From the NCBI GenBank assembly GCA_934130545.1, contig CAKOYD010000004.1:16780-80779 (forward strand): a stretch of DNA of 64,000 nt, given 5' to 3'. Positions 29,197 through 38,435 of this stretch are shown piece after piece. Source of the DNA: an uncultured Bacilli bacterium (lineage in GTDB: Bacteria; Bacillota_I; Bacilli_A; RF39; UBA660). Under the pieces are notes generated by a model that saw only the letters and a list, made by a program, of their open reading frames with translations, was not told the DNA's origin and did not search any database. Within the stretch, counting starts at the first letter, position 1; each line of letters opens with the position of its first letter. The position numbers were made by a program, and so were the translations under genes.

Positions 29197-29448
29197 TTAG
29201 TTATTAACTTTGCTTTCTGCTCTACTATTTCCTTTATAGCTCTTAAAACTATTACTTCTCTTATAGTTTTTATTAGCTTTACGTGAATTCATAGTATTTA
29301 TTTTCTTTTCTTCTCTTAATCTTACGCCTGGTTTTTTATAACCATCAGCTCTTTCTCTAGCTTTAGAAAGGGTACCATTTCTAGCAACTTCTGTTTTTAA
29401 TCTTCTTAATGCAAAGTCTAGATTGTTATCTTTTACTTTTACTGACAC
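29197..29448 (-). CDS. rpsU: 30S ribosomal protein S21 (extended basic C-terminus)
   Basis: LDFALRRLKTEVARNGTLSKARERADGYKKPGVRLREEKK matches the S21 core. Confidence 0.8.
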   Translation of the reverse strand: MSVKVKDNNLDFALRRLKTEVARNGTLSKARERADGYKKPGVRLREEKKINTMNSRKANKNYKRSNSFKSYKGNSRAESKVNN

Positions 29449-29478
29449 TTCTATCCCTCCCTTCCTAAATACATCTAG

Positions 29479-29507
29479 ATTATATCACTTTTTTCTGCGT
29501 AATACAA
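29479..29507 (-). promoter_or_regulatory. sigma-A-type promoter for rpsU operon
   Basis: Minus strand TTGTAT-17-TATAAT with TG-extended -10 (TGATATAAT). GGAAGGGAGGG RBS follows before the rpsU ATG. Confidence 0.45.
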
Positions 29508-29782
29508 GAATAAAAGTAAATTTATACTTCCAACATTTCACAATGATGGGCTTTCTGCTCCCTAAAAGCACTATTGTGCCTTATCCACAGACTTAAATTC
29601 CGATAATCGCTACCGTACTCTATTACTAACTTAAAGAAAATTTGTTTACTTAACAAATATATTTAGCCTCCACAAACGACTATTCTTATGCTCTATTATC
29701 ACCTCCCTGTATTACATATATATCATGTCATTTTAAATAAGTCAACCAAATTAACTCCAAGCATACAAAGTAAATTATAGAT

Positions 29783-29807
29783 TAAAAAAAGAGCAAGCAT
29801 TTGCCCT
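29783..29807 (-). terminator. Rho-independent terminator of smpB
   Basis: Minus strand GGGCAA-AUGC-UUGCUC hairpin followed by UUUUUUU, 2 nt after the smpB stop. Confidence 0.5.
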
Positions 29808-30242
29808 TTAAAGATGATATTTCTTTTGTATTTCTCTATCTATATCTCTTTGTTTAATTGCTTCTCTCTTATCATAATCATGACGACCTTTAGCAAGACC
29901 AATCTCTACTTTAGCTCTCGATTTAACTAAATATACTTTTAAAGGTATTAAAGTGTATCCTTCCATCTCTAACTTATCTCTTAGTTTATATATTTCTTTC
30001 TTATGAAGTAATAACTTTCTTGTTCTAGTTTCTTCATGATTGAATCTATTTCCTTGTTCATAACTAGCAATATGGCTATTAAGTAAATATGCTTCACCAT
30101 TTTTAATGATAACATAACTATCTCTAATATTCATCTTACCATTTCTAATAGACTTAATTTCTGTACCTGTTAAAACTATGCCTGCTTCATAAGTACTAAT
30201 AATATCATAATCATGTCTTGCTTTTCTATTAACTATTTCCAT
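29808..30242 (-). CDS. smpB: SsrA-binding protein
   Basis: [29 protein letters not shown] is the canonical SmpB N-terminus. Confidence 0.9.
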   Translation of the reverse strand: MEIVNRKARHDYDIISTYEAGIVLTGTEIKSIRNGKMNIRDSYVIIKNGEAYLLNSHIASYEQGNRFNHEETRTRKLLLHKKEIYKLRDKLEMEGYTLIPLKVYLVKSRAKVEIGLAKGRHDYDKREAIKQRDIDREIQKKYHL

Positions 30243-30251
30243 ATAACCACC

Positions 30252-31427
30252 CTATTTAACTACTACAGTCTCATCATACTTTGTCACATAACCTGCATAT
30301 TTATCATGAATACTTTGATAATTTTTTAATAAATCATCATTTAACTTACTAAAAGGTATAACTCTAAAGTCAGTATAATCATCATAATAAGTATACAATA
30401 ATTCATTATAATCATTATTTATCTTAATGTCTACCTTATCATCTTCAATTACCTTAGTAATTTTTACTGAAGACATTAAACCAACTCTATTAGATACATC
30501 TTTAACACTATGGGCTGATAAGAAATTACCAAGTGAATATATGACTAAAGTGTCTCCTATATGTTCAATAGGTCCAACTACATGAGAGTGTGTTCCAATA
30601 ACAATATCCACTCCTAAAGAAGCTAAATACTCTGCAGCATCTTCTTGATAAGTAGTTTTATCAAAATTATATTCTTCTCCAAAATGCATAGCCACCATTA
30701 AGACATCTACTTTATCTCTTAATTTTTCTATATCACTTTTAACTACTGCTTTATAGTTTTCATAAGCACTTTTAGAACTTGTTGGCCAAATATTTACATA
30801 GTATTCTTTCCCATTAGGTACACTAATACCATTTGTACCATAAGTATAATTTAATAAAGCATATTTGATATTATTTTTTTCTTTGATAACTACTGCGTCT
30901 CTATCTTCTTCGCTACAATAACTACCAACTGCTAATACATCACTATGTTCTTTCCAATACTTACAAGAGTTTTCTACTGCTTTACTACCTCTATCAAGGG
31001 TATGGTTAGTAGCTAAACTAACCATGTTAAAGCCCGCATCAATCATAGCATCTCCTACTTCATATGGTGAATTAAAAGCCGGATAAGAAGATACTCCTAT
31101 ATCAGAACCTCCTAAAATTGTTTCTTGGTTATAATAAGCTAAATCATAATCTTTGGCAATATTTTTTATTTCTGTTACCATTGGTTTAAAATCATAACCA
31201 TTTCCTTTAGCATTTTCTTCTGCTTCTTCATATATATAATCATGAATAAGCATATCTCCAACCATTAGTAAAGACAATTTATATTCTTTATTTTTAGTAT
31301 TATTATTACTTTCTTTAACATTAATATCATCATGAATATTATTACTATTAAATGATCCGCCATGATTAATAAAAACTATTCCTACTACTAATAAAGCAAT
31401 TATAAATAAATAACTTAACTTTTTCAT
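30252..31427 (-). CDS. CapA/PgsA-family metallophosphatase (poly-gamma-glutamate/capsule synthesis-like)
   Basis: MVSLATNHTLD, LAYYNQETILGG, signal-anchor N-terminus. Confidence 0.7.
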   Translation of the reverse strand: MKKLSYLFIIALLVVGIVFINHGGSFNSNNIHDDINVKESNNNTKNKEYKLSLLMVGDMLIHDYIYEEAEENAKGNGYDFKPMVTEIKNIAKDYDLAYYNQETILGGSDIGVSSYPAFNSPYEVGDAMIDAGFNMVSLATNHTLDRGSKAVENSCKYWKEHSDVLAVGSYCSEEDRDAVVIKEKNNIKYALLNYTYGTNGISVPNGKEYYVNIWPTSSKSAYENYKAVVKSDIEKLRDKVDVLMVAMHFGEEYNFDKTTYQEDAAEYLASLGVDIVIGTHSHVVGPIEHIGDTLVIYSLGNFLSAHSVKDVSNRVGLMSSVKITKVIEDDKVDIKINNDYNELLYTYYDDYTDFRVIPFSKLNDDLLKNYQSIHDKYAGYVTKYDETVVVK

Positions 31428-31432
31428 CTTAT

Positions 31433-32671
31433 CTACCCCATTGGTACTACTTCAATATTACTATCCATGCTTTGAACGACTTCTTTATATTTATTATATA
31501 CTCTTTCACTATCAGGTAAATACTCTCTAATATCTGAATTACTAAAAGGTATTACTTTAAAATTACTAAATCTATTATTATAATAAGTATAAGTTAAATC
31601 ATTCTTAACATTATCAATAGTAATACTAACATCATCTCCAACTACTTTCTTATTAATAGTTAAACTACTCATAAGACCTATTACACATTTATAATCAGGG
31701 CAACTATAATCTCCTGCTGACACATTAATATCACTATATTGTGCTGATAAGAAATTACCAAGTGAATAAAATACTACTGTATCATTAATATATTCAACAG
31801 GTTCTATAACATGTGGATGTGTTCCAATAATAATATCTACTCCTAAAGATTCTAAATATTTAGCAGCATCTTTTTGATAACCAGTTGGTGTATGAGTATA
31901 TTCAACGCCCCAATGCATTGCCACTATCAAAACATCTACTTTATCTCTAACTTTTTCAATATCACTTTTAACTACTTCTTTATAACTTTCATATGCTGCA
32001 TCAGAACTTGTTGGCCATACATTAACATAATAATCTTCATAAGTAGGAAGTCCATTTGTTCCATAAGTATAATTTAATAAAGCATATTTAATATTATTTT
32101 TCTCTTTGATAATTACTTCATTTCTATCTTCTTCACTACAATAACTACCAACTGCTAATACATCGCTATGTTCTTTCCAATACTTACAAGAGTTTTCAAC
32201 ACCATTTCTTCCGGCATCCATTGTATGATTAGTAGCTAGACTCACCATATTAAAACCAGCATCAATCATCGCATCTCCTACTTCATATGGTGAATTAAAT
32301 CTTGGATAATGACTAGCACCACCTCCAAGTATTGTCTCTTGATTATAATAAGCTAAATCATAATTACTAACATAATCTTTAATATAACTAACTATTGGTT
32401 TAAAATCATAACCATTATAATTAGCTAACTTATGAGCATAATCATATACTGCTGCATGAATTAAATTATCTCCTACCATAACTAATGATAAAGAATAATT
32501 TTCTTCTTTTGGTTTATCATCAGGTTTATCATCAATAATATTATTATGTATTTCTTGATGATCCGCTAAATATTTAACATATAATCCTGCTCCAACTATT
32601 ACTATAGCTAGGAAGAATATAACAATAAATGCATTATTACCTTTAGTATTACTTTTTCTTTTTCTCGCCAT
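31433..32671 (-). CDS. CapA/PgsA-family metallophosphatase, tandem paralog
   Basis: Same motifs (MVSLATNHTMD); paralog of CDS 30252..31427 as judged from the shared motif blocks. Confidence 0.7.
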   Translation of the reverse strand: MARKRKSNTKGNNAFIVIFFLAIVIVGAGLYVKYLADHQEIHNNIIDDKPDDKPKEENYSLSLVMVGDNLIHAAVYDYAHKLANYNGYDFKPIVSYIKDYVSNYDLAYYNQETILGGGASHYPRFNSPYEVGDAMIDAGFNMVSLATNHTMDAGRNGVENSCKYWKEHSDVLAVGSYCSEEDRNEVIIKEKNNIKYALLNYTYGTNGLPTYEDYYVNVWPTSSDAAYESYKEVVKSDIEKVRDKVDVLIVAMHWGVEYTHTPTGYQKDAAKYLESLGVDIIIGTHPHVIEPVEYINDTVVFYSLGNFLSAQYSDINVSAGDYSCPDYKCVIGLMSSLTINKKVVGDDVSITIDNVKNDLTYTYYNNRFSNFKVIPFSNSDIREYLPDSERVYNKYKEVVQSMDSNIEVVPMG

Positions 32672-34763
32672 AATCTACATCCTTTACTATCTTAAAATCA
32701 ACCATACTAGTTTCACGAGAAGCGTTAATAACTTCTACAGTAACTACATCACCAAACATATATCTATTCTTACTGTTCTTACCAACCATAATACCCAATT
32801 CTTTATCATAGACATAATAGTCACCTTTAATATCTTCTACTTTAACTAAACCTTCTACAGTATTTTCAAGTTGAACAAATATACCAAAATCACAAACTCC
32901 ACTAACAACACCTTTAAATACTTCTCCAATATGTCCTTCCATATATTGGGTCTTTTTCATCTTTTCTACATCACGTTCACAATTTATTGAATCCTGTTCT
33001 TTAATAGAAGAATGATCAGCAATAACTGGTAATAACTTCTCCCACTTAGATATTGTTTTAGTAGAATACTTTCTTAAATAATCTTTAACTAATCTATGTA
33101 ATGTTAAGTCCGGATATCTTCTAATAGGAGATGTAAAATGTGAGTATCTCTTACTACCTAAACCAAAATGTCCAATATTAACATTAGAGTATTTGGCTTT
33201 AGCCATCGTCTGAATAGCTAAACTACTTAAAATACTGCCTTCTTCTTTATCTTTAAACATCTCTAACATCTTTTGATAACTATAATTCTTTATCTTATTA
33301 ACATCCATATTAAAACTATATCCCTTTAAAGATAAGAATCTAATAAATGTCTTTAACTTTTCTGGATTTGGTTTATCATGAACACGATATATACCAGGTA
33401 AATCCATATCTTCGACAAAACCAGCCACTGTTTCATTAGCCACTATCATAAAGTTTTCAATTAATTTTTCTCCAGTACGTTGACTACGTAACACTATATC
33501 TATTGGTTCACACTTTTCATTAACTAATATTTTAGCTTCTGGACTATCAAACTCTAAATATCCTCTTCTAACCATCTTACTTCTAAGAATATCTGATAAT
33601 TCTTTCATTAACTTTAAGTTATCAGCAAAATCTTCATATCCTTCTGGAATAGTATTTTCTTCTAATATCTTATTAACATTACTATATGTCATTTGTTTTT
33701 TAGAACATATAACACTTTCAAAAATACGATAATCTACTACTTCACCTTTATTATTAATTTTCATAACACAAGATAAAGCTAATCTATTAACATTAGGATT
33801 TAATGAACATATACCATTAGATAATTGATGAGGAAGCATTGGAATAACTCTGTCAACTAAGTAAACACTAGTACCTCTTTTAAAAGCATCTTTATCTATC
33901 TCTCCATCCTGCTTAACATAATAACTAACATCCGCTATATGAACACCTAATTCATATAAACCATTATCTAATTTCTTAAGTGATACTGCATCATCGATAT
34001 CTTTAGTATCATCACCATCAATAGTAAATATAAGCTCACGTCTTAAATCAATACGACCACTTAAGTCTCTTACTAATACTTCACTAGGTAGGCTATTTAC
34101 TTCTTCCATTTCTTCTTCAGAATATTTAGGATCAAAACCATATTGATAAGCATATGACAAGATATCTACACCAATATCATTTTTATGACCAATAATAGCT
34201 ATAACTTCCCCTAAATAAGTATTATCTTTAAAAGGCATCACTACTACTTTATGTCCTGGTACAGCATTCATGGTATGACCATTAGGAATCTCTATTATCT
34301 TACCATTTTTCTGATCAGATTTAACAAAGTTCTTACCATTCTCTGTATAAAACTCTCCAACAATATTTGACTCATCACGTTTTAATACTTTAATTACTTT
34401 ACCCTCATTACTTCTTTTATCAATAATTTCTATTAAAACAATATCACTATCTCTAGCATCTAATAAGTTTTTAGCATTAATGTATACATCATCATGATCT
34501 TCTCCAATAATAACAAAACCATATCCTTTAGCATTTATTATAATCTTACCCTTTAAATAATGCGTATTAGTAATAAGTGTATATCTCTTTTTCTTTTCAC
34601 TATAATATATCTCTCCATCACTACACATCTCATCTAAAACATCATTAAGTTTTCTTAACTCTTCTGGAGTCTTTAACCCTAATAAATCATTTATTTCAAT
34701 AATAGTTAAAGATAAATTTTTCTTACTATTTAAACATTCTAATATCTTATCTTTCATATCCAT
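32649..34763 (-). CDS. rnr: ribonuclease R
   Basis: Cold-shock N-domains, RNB catalytic domain (DIDDAVSLKKL...HIADVSYYV), C-terminal S1 domain (GEVFKGVVSGVCDFGIFVQL). Confidence 0.9.
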   Translation of the reverse strand: MDMKDKILECLNSKKNLSLTIIEINDLLGLKTPEELRKLNDVLDEMCSDGEIYYSEKKKRYTLITNTHYLKGKIIINAKGYGFVIIGEDHDDVYINAKNLLDARDSDIVLIEIIDKRSNEGKVIKVLKRDESNIVGEFYTENGKNFVKSDQKNGKIIEIPNGHTMNAVPGHKVVVMPFKDNTYLGEVIAIIGHKNDIGVDILSYAYQYGFDPKYSEEEMEEVNSLPSEVLVRDLSGRIDLRRELIFTIDGDDTKDIDDAVSLKKLDNGLYELGVHIADVSYYVKQDGEIDKDAFKRGTSVYLVDRVIPMLPHQLSNGICSLNPNVNRLALSCVMKINNKGEVVDYRIFESVICSKKQMTYSNVNKILEENTIPEGYEDFADNLKLMKELSDILRSKMVRRGYLEFDSPEAKILVNEKCEPIDIVLRSQRTGEKLIENFMIVANETVAGFVEDMDLPGIYRVHDKPNPEKLKTFIRFLSLKGYSFNMDVNKIKNYSYQKMLEMFKDKEEGSILSSLAIQTMAKAKYSNVNIGHFGLGSKRYSHFTSPIRRYPDLTLHRLVKDYLRKYSTKTISKWEKLLPVIADHSSIKEQDSINCERDVEKMKKTQYMEGHIGEVFKGVVSGVCDFGIFVQLENTVEGLVKVEDIKGDYYVYDKELGIMVGKNSKNRYMFGDVVTVEVINASRETSMVDFKIVKDVDYGEKKKK

Positions 34764-34790
34764 CCTCCATTATTAATAACATGAAAAATA

Positions 34791-35276
34791 TTACTCTATT
34801 GTAGTAATTAAATTCTTCGTATTAGGTAAAGATAAATTATTATCTTCTGTACCAGATGCTCCAACATTTAATACTACTTCACTAGTACCATCATTATATA
34901 TATAAACCATTCTATTAATAGTTTCACTAGCACTAATCGTTCCACTAGTAGCAGCATTTTGAGTAGCTCTAACACTGTCAAGACTACCATCAATTAATTC
35001 ATACCAACAAGCATAATTTAATGTTTTAGAAGTTGAATTAGTAATATTTAATTCTATACTAATACTCTCTCCTGGAAGAACACCAACAACATGTCCCTCA
35101 TCCAAAGTAATTACCTTATTAATAGTATTTACTGTATTAATCTTAACAACATTATTAACTGAATAATTATAACTATAATAAGAATAAGTAGTATATATAC
35201 CTACTCCTATTAAACCAACTATTAAAGTAACAACTAGTATTAAATATTTTAAAGGAATCTTTTTAATCTTTTTCAT
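34791..35276 (-). CDS. secreted/membrane-anchored hypothetical, possible camelysin/TasA-like fold
   Basis: N-terminal TM/signal. ISIELNITNSTSKTLNYACWYEL resembles the TasA-family beta-rich core. Weak. Confidence 0.35.
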   Translation of the reverse strand: MKKIKKIPLKYLILVVTLIVGLIGVGIYTTYSYYSYNYSVNNVVKINTVNTINKVITLDEGHVVGVLPGESISIELNITNSTSKTLNYACWYELIDGSLDSVRATQNAATSGTISASETINRMVYIYNDGTSEVVLNVGASGTEDNNLSLPNTKNLITTIE

Positions 35277-35401
35277 ACCAAATGCTCCTATCTAACTACT
35301 ATAATGATAGCATAAATCAAACTAATTGGCAATCAAAAAGAATCAATTTATTTAAATTGACTCTCCGAGTTTATTTTAACATATAGTTTAAAAATACGTT
35401 T

Positions 35402-35848
35402 TTACTTAGACTCTCTTGTAATACCATAACCATCTAGTAACTCATTTTGTTTACCAAACATAACCTTTTCATCTTCTTCTTCCATATGATCATATCCAAG
35501 AAGATGTAAAATACCATGTGTTGCTAAGAAAAATACTTCTCTCTTAACTGAATGATTATATAACTCTGCTTGTTCTATAGCTTTTTCATAAGATATATAA
35601 ATATCTCCTAAAAGTCTAAAATCTTCATAAACAACATCCATATTATCTTCAAGAGCAAAACTAATAACATCAGTCTCTCTATCTACATTACGATACTCAC
35701 GATTTATCTTTCTTATTTCTTCATTATCAATAAATATTATATTAAATACAGCATTCTCTATATCTAATTTCTTAACTACATATTTAATATAATCCTCTAA
35801 CTCACTAGTATTAATATCATTATTAGTATTATTAAATATCTCAAACAT
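35402..35848 (-). CDS. ybeY: rRNA maturation endoribonuclease YbeY
   Basis: HGILHLLGYDH (H3xH5xH metal site). Confidence 0.85.
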   Translation of the reverse strand: MFEIFNNTNNDINTSELEDYIKYVVKKLDIENAVFNIIFIDNEEIRKINREYRNVDRETDVISFALEDNMDVVYEDFRLLGDIYISYEKAIEQAELYNHSVKREVFFLATHGILHLLGYDHMEEEDEKVMFGKQNELLDGYGITRESK

Positions 35849-35857
35849 ATATATCTC

Positions 35858-36484
35858 CTATCTAAACCATCCAATAGCATCAATATTGAATGAATATATA
35901 AGTATTATACACAATATTAAAATAAAAATAAAGTTAATAAATGAATCTCTCTTCATAAATTTAGGAAGCCTACTCTCTATTGCCGATAAAGCAACATAAA
36001 TTAAGAAACCGCAAAAACCACCAACAACATTTAATATTACATCATCTATATCAAATACTCTACCTATCTTTAATTGTACTAACTCAATAGTTAAACTAAC
36101 TATTAAAGTTAGTACAAGAGGATAACCAACCTTATTAGCCTTTAAATAATAAGATACAAAGAACCCAAAAGGTAAAAACATAAGTATATTACCAACCACA
36201 TTCTTAACAAACTTAGGACTACCAAAACTATACCTAAACATTTCTTTAAAAGGCACTAAATTAACCCCACCATAATTAACATCCTGATAAGTAACAACAT
36301 AATATAAACATAATATATATATCATAAATATTAATGCTAATAATTCTCTATGAAATACAAGCTTCTTATTATATTTTATTAAATAAGCTATTCTAAAAGA
36401 AGACACTATGACAGTAATAAGCACTATCATAGGCCATATATTCATTACATTATCTAATAATAAAACCTTAAACATAACTATCAT
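35858..36484 (-). CDS. VanZ-family membrane protein
   Basis: GNILMFLPFGFF...ELVQ...RVFDIDDVILNVVGGFCG. Confidence 0.65.
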   Translation of the reverse strand: MIVMFKVLLLDNVMNIWPMIVLITVIVSSFRIAYLIKYNKKLVFHRELLALIFMIYILCLYYVVTYQDVNYGGVNLVPFKEMFRYSFGSPKFVKNVVGNILMFLPFGFFVSYYLKANKVGYPLVLTLIVSLTIELVQLKIGRVFDIDDVILNVVGGFCGFLIYVALSAIESRLPKFMKRDSFINFIFILILCIILIYSFNIDAIGWFR

Positions 36485-36510
36485 TCCTAACTAAATATAT
36501 AATAACATTG

Positions 36511-37425
36511 CTATACTTTTTTTTTCAAAACAAATTGAATATAATCACTACCATCTGTTGACTGAGAAAATTTTAAATAATCTATTCCTATAACGCTTGT
36601 TGAAGTTAAATCAAAAGAAATAGTCCCTGAAGAAGTTTTTGCATTACTCCAAACAATTTTTCTATCTAAAACCACTGAAACGTCATCTTCACTAGAATCA
36701 TTATATACGCTAATTTCTAATCGATAACTTCCTGATTCAAACCCACTAAGCTCAATATAATTCTCTACATCGCCCTCTAATACATTGCTTTTCCAAATTC
36801 CACTTGTACTGTTATATATAAATGGCCATGTTTCATCATTCGATACAGTATACTTACTACTATCAACAATCTCGTATGTTCCAGCTCCAACAACAGTACC
36901 AACACTATCATCTACATTTCTAACAGCAATACCAGTAGAAGTTAAACTAGCAGAAAACTTTTTATTTAAAATATCAGATGAACTAGTATTACTATTTATC
37001 CATAATTTTATAGTAAATGTTCTAGAAGAACCAGGGTTTAATATAACATCTCTAATAATAATATTACTGTCAGTTGATAAAGCAGCAGGATTCTCTCCAT
37101 CCATAGATACTCTAATTAAATCACTACTAATAGTACTATCACTAGAAGGATCTAATATAACATTAAACTTGTATGCTAATGTTCCAATATTAGTTATAGT
37201 AATAGTACTATCACTTTGACTCATGCCATCTGTATCAGTCATTGGATATGCATTATCTAAAATAATACTAGTATTACTATAACTTAACTTTAATGTTCCA
37301 GTACCATAACTTTGTACAATAGAGCTTACTTCATTAGTAAACAAAGCATAAGTTTCTTTACCAATAGACACTAATAACACTAAAACAAGTAGTGATAATA
37401 ATAACTTTTTATTTCTTCCTTCCAT
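36511..37425 (-). CDS. TasA/camelysin-family secreted protein with SipW-cognate-type signal peptide
   Basis: Signal peptide then GKETYALFTNEV (cf. TasA ...AAFND, SipW-cognate class). Ser/Thr-rich beta body ITITNIGTLAYKFNVILD. Confidence 0.5.
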   Translation of the reverse strand: MEGRNKKLLLSLLVLVLLVSIGKETYALFTNEVSSIVQSYGTGTLKLSYSNTSIILDNAYPMTDTDGMSQSDSTITITNIGTLAYKFNVILDPSSDSTISSDLIRVSMDGENPAALSTDSNIIIRDVILNPGSSRTFTIKLWINSNTSSSDILNKKFSASLTSTGIAVRNVDDSVGTVVGAGTYEIVDSSKYTVSNDETWPFIYNSTSGIWKSNVLEGDVENYIELSGFESGSYRLEISVYNDSSEDDVSVVLDRKIVWSNAKTSSGTISFDLTSTSVIGIDYLKFSQSTDGSDYIQFVLKKKV

Positions 37426-37524
37426 TCTATTTCACCCTATCCTATCTATTAATAATTTTATCAAAACTACAAATATATATCAAGTAATTTAACAAAAAAA
37501 ATTATTTTACATACATTATCATAG

Positions 37525-37971
37525 GTGAATGTAATGAACATTAGTAAATTTGGTAATGACTATTTAATTAAAATATATAAGGAAGAAATAAAAGATATTG
37601 ATATCTATGATATAGATGATATCTATACTTTAATTAAATTAATTATTAAAAAAATAATTAAGAATAATAATATATCCGGTAATTACCAAATAAATATTTA
37701 TACTAATGACATATATGGCATGATAATAGAATTTAATAAAATAAAAGAAAATAGTTATATTGACCTAAAAATCAATATAACTATAGATAGTATCTTTCTC
37801 TATAAAACTAATAATAATTACTTAAATACTAATAACACTATCTATTACTATAAGAATAATTATTATATCTTACCTAAAGATAATAATATAAACTTACTAG
37901 AAGTAGAAGAAGTATTATACGGTAATATTGTTAAAGAAATATTAGCTAAAGGTATTAAAGTAAAATTATAA
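37525..37971 (+). CDS. hypothetical protein, possibly MecA-like adaptor
   Basis: N- and C-terminal patterns (…EVLYGNIVKEILAKGIKV) loosely resemble MecA. Low confidence. Confidence 0.3.
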   Translation: MNVMNISKFGNDYLIKIYKEEIKDIDIYDIDDIYTLIKLIIKKIIKNNNISGNYQINIYTNDIYGMIIEFNKIKENSYIDLKINITIDSIFLYKTNNNYLNTNNTIYYYKNNYYILPKDNNINLLEVEEVLYGNIVKEILAKGIKVKL

Positions 37972-38060
37972 CATCTCACATTTTTCCATACTTTTCAACA
38001 CCAAATTATCACATTTTTCCGACTATTTTTACCACACTTTTTCACATTTTCCCAAAAAAA
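37972..38060. repeat. three direct copies of TCACATTTT(T)CC at ~31-36 bp spacing between convergent genes
   Basis: Copies at 37975, 38011 and ~38046. Confidence 0.5.
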
Positions 38061-38068
38061 CTAAATTT

Positions 38069-38269
38069 CTATAATGATTTATACTTTTGATTTCTAGCAT
38101 TAACACTATTTTTATTTGTATACTCTAGTTTACTTTCTTTAATTAAAGGTCTTAAAATCTTATAAGCAGCATAACTTTTTGAAGAAATATTTAAATATTC
38201 ACGTATTTGATTTGCAGTGCGTGGAATTTTACAATACAACAAAACATCACAAAAAATTTTTTGTTCCAT
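38069..38269 (-). CDS. small winged-helix/HTH DNA-binding protein
   Basis: PRTANQIREYLNISSKSYAAYKILRPLIKESKLEY is a typical wHTH. Confidence 0.45.
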   Translation of the reverse strand: MEQKIFCDVLLYCKIPRTANQIREYLNISSKSYAAYKILRPLIKESKLEYTNKNSVNARNQKYKSL

Positions 38270-38365
38270 TATTTTTTGTGTATCATTTGTGTCGATTTGT
38301 ATATCACTTTGTGTATCACTTGTATCAATTTGTGCATCACTTGTGTCGGTTTGTGTATCACAATT
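38270..38365. repeat. degenerate tandem array (~8 units) of TTTGTGTATCAC / TTGTGTCGR short repeats (iteron/operator-like)
   Basis: tttgtgtatca|tttgtgtcga|tttgtatatcac|tttgtgtatcac|ttgtatcaa|tttgtgcatcac|ttgtgtcgg|tttgtgtatcaca, immediately upstream of the small HTH gene. Confidence 0.6.
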
Positions 38366-38435
38366 AACAAAACTATTTCTAAAAATTACTCTAACAATTA
38401 CAAAAAGCCTCCGTTATAGAGGCTTAACTACAATA

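Noticed and set aside
29449-29807. Expected a tmRNA (ssrA) gene adjacent to smpB
   Set aside because: No GGGG… 5' end and no tRNA-like T-arm/CCA 3' end (GGTTCGA/TCGAACC absent) in the spacer. The region is better explained by promoters and a leader.
38270-38365. Possible CRISPR array
   Set aside because: Units are only ~9-12 bp, contiguous and degenerate with no unique spacers, and there are no cas genes in the window. Scored as an iteron-like tandem repeat instead.
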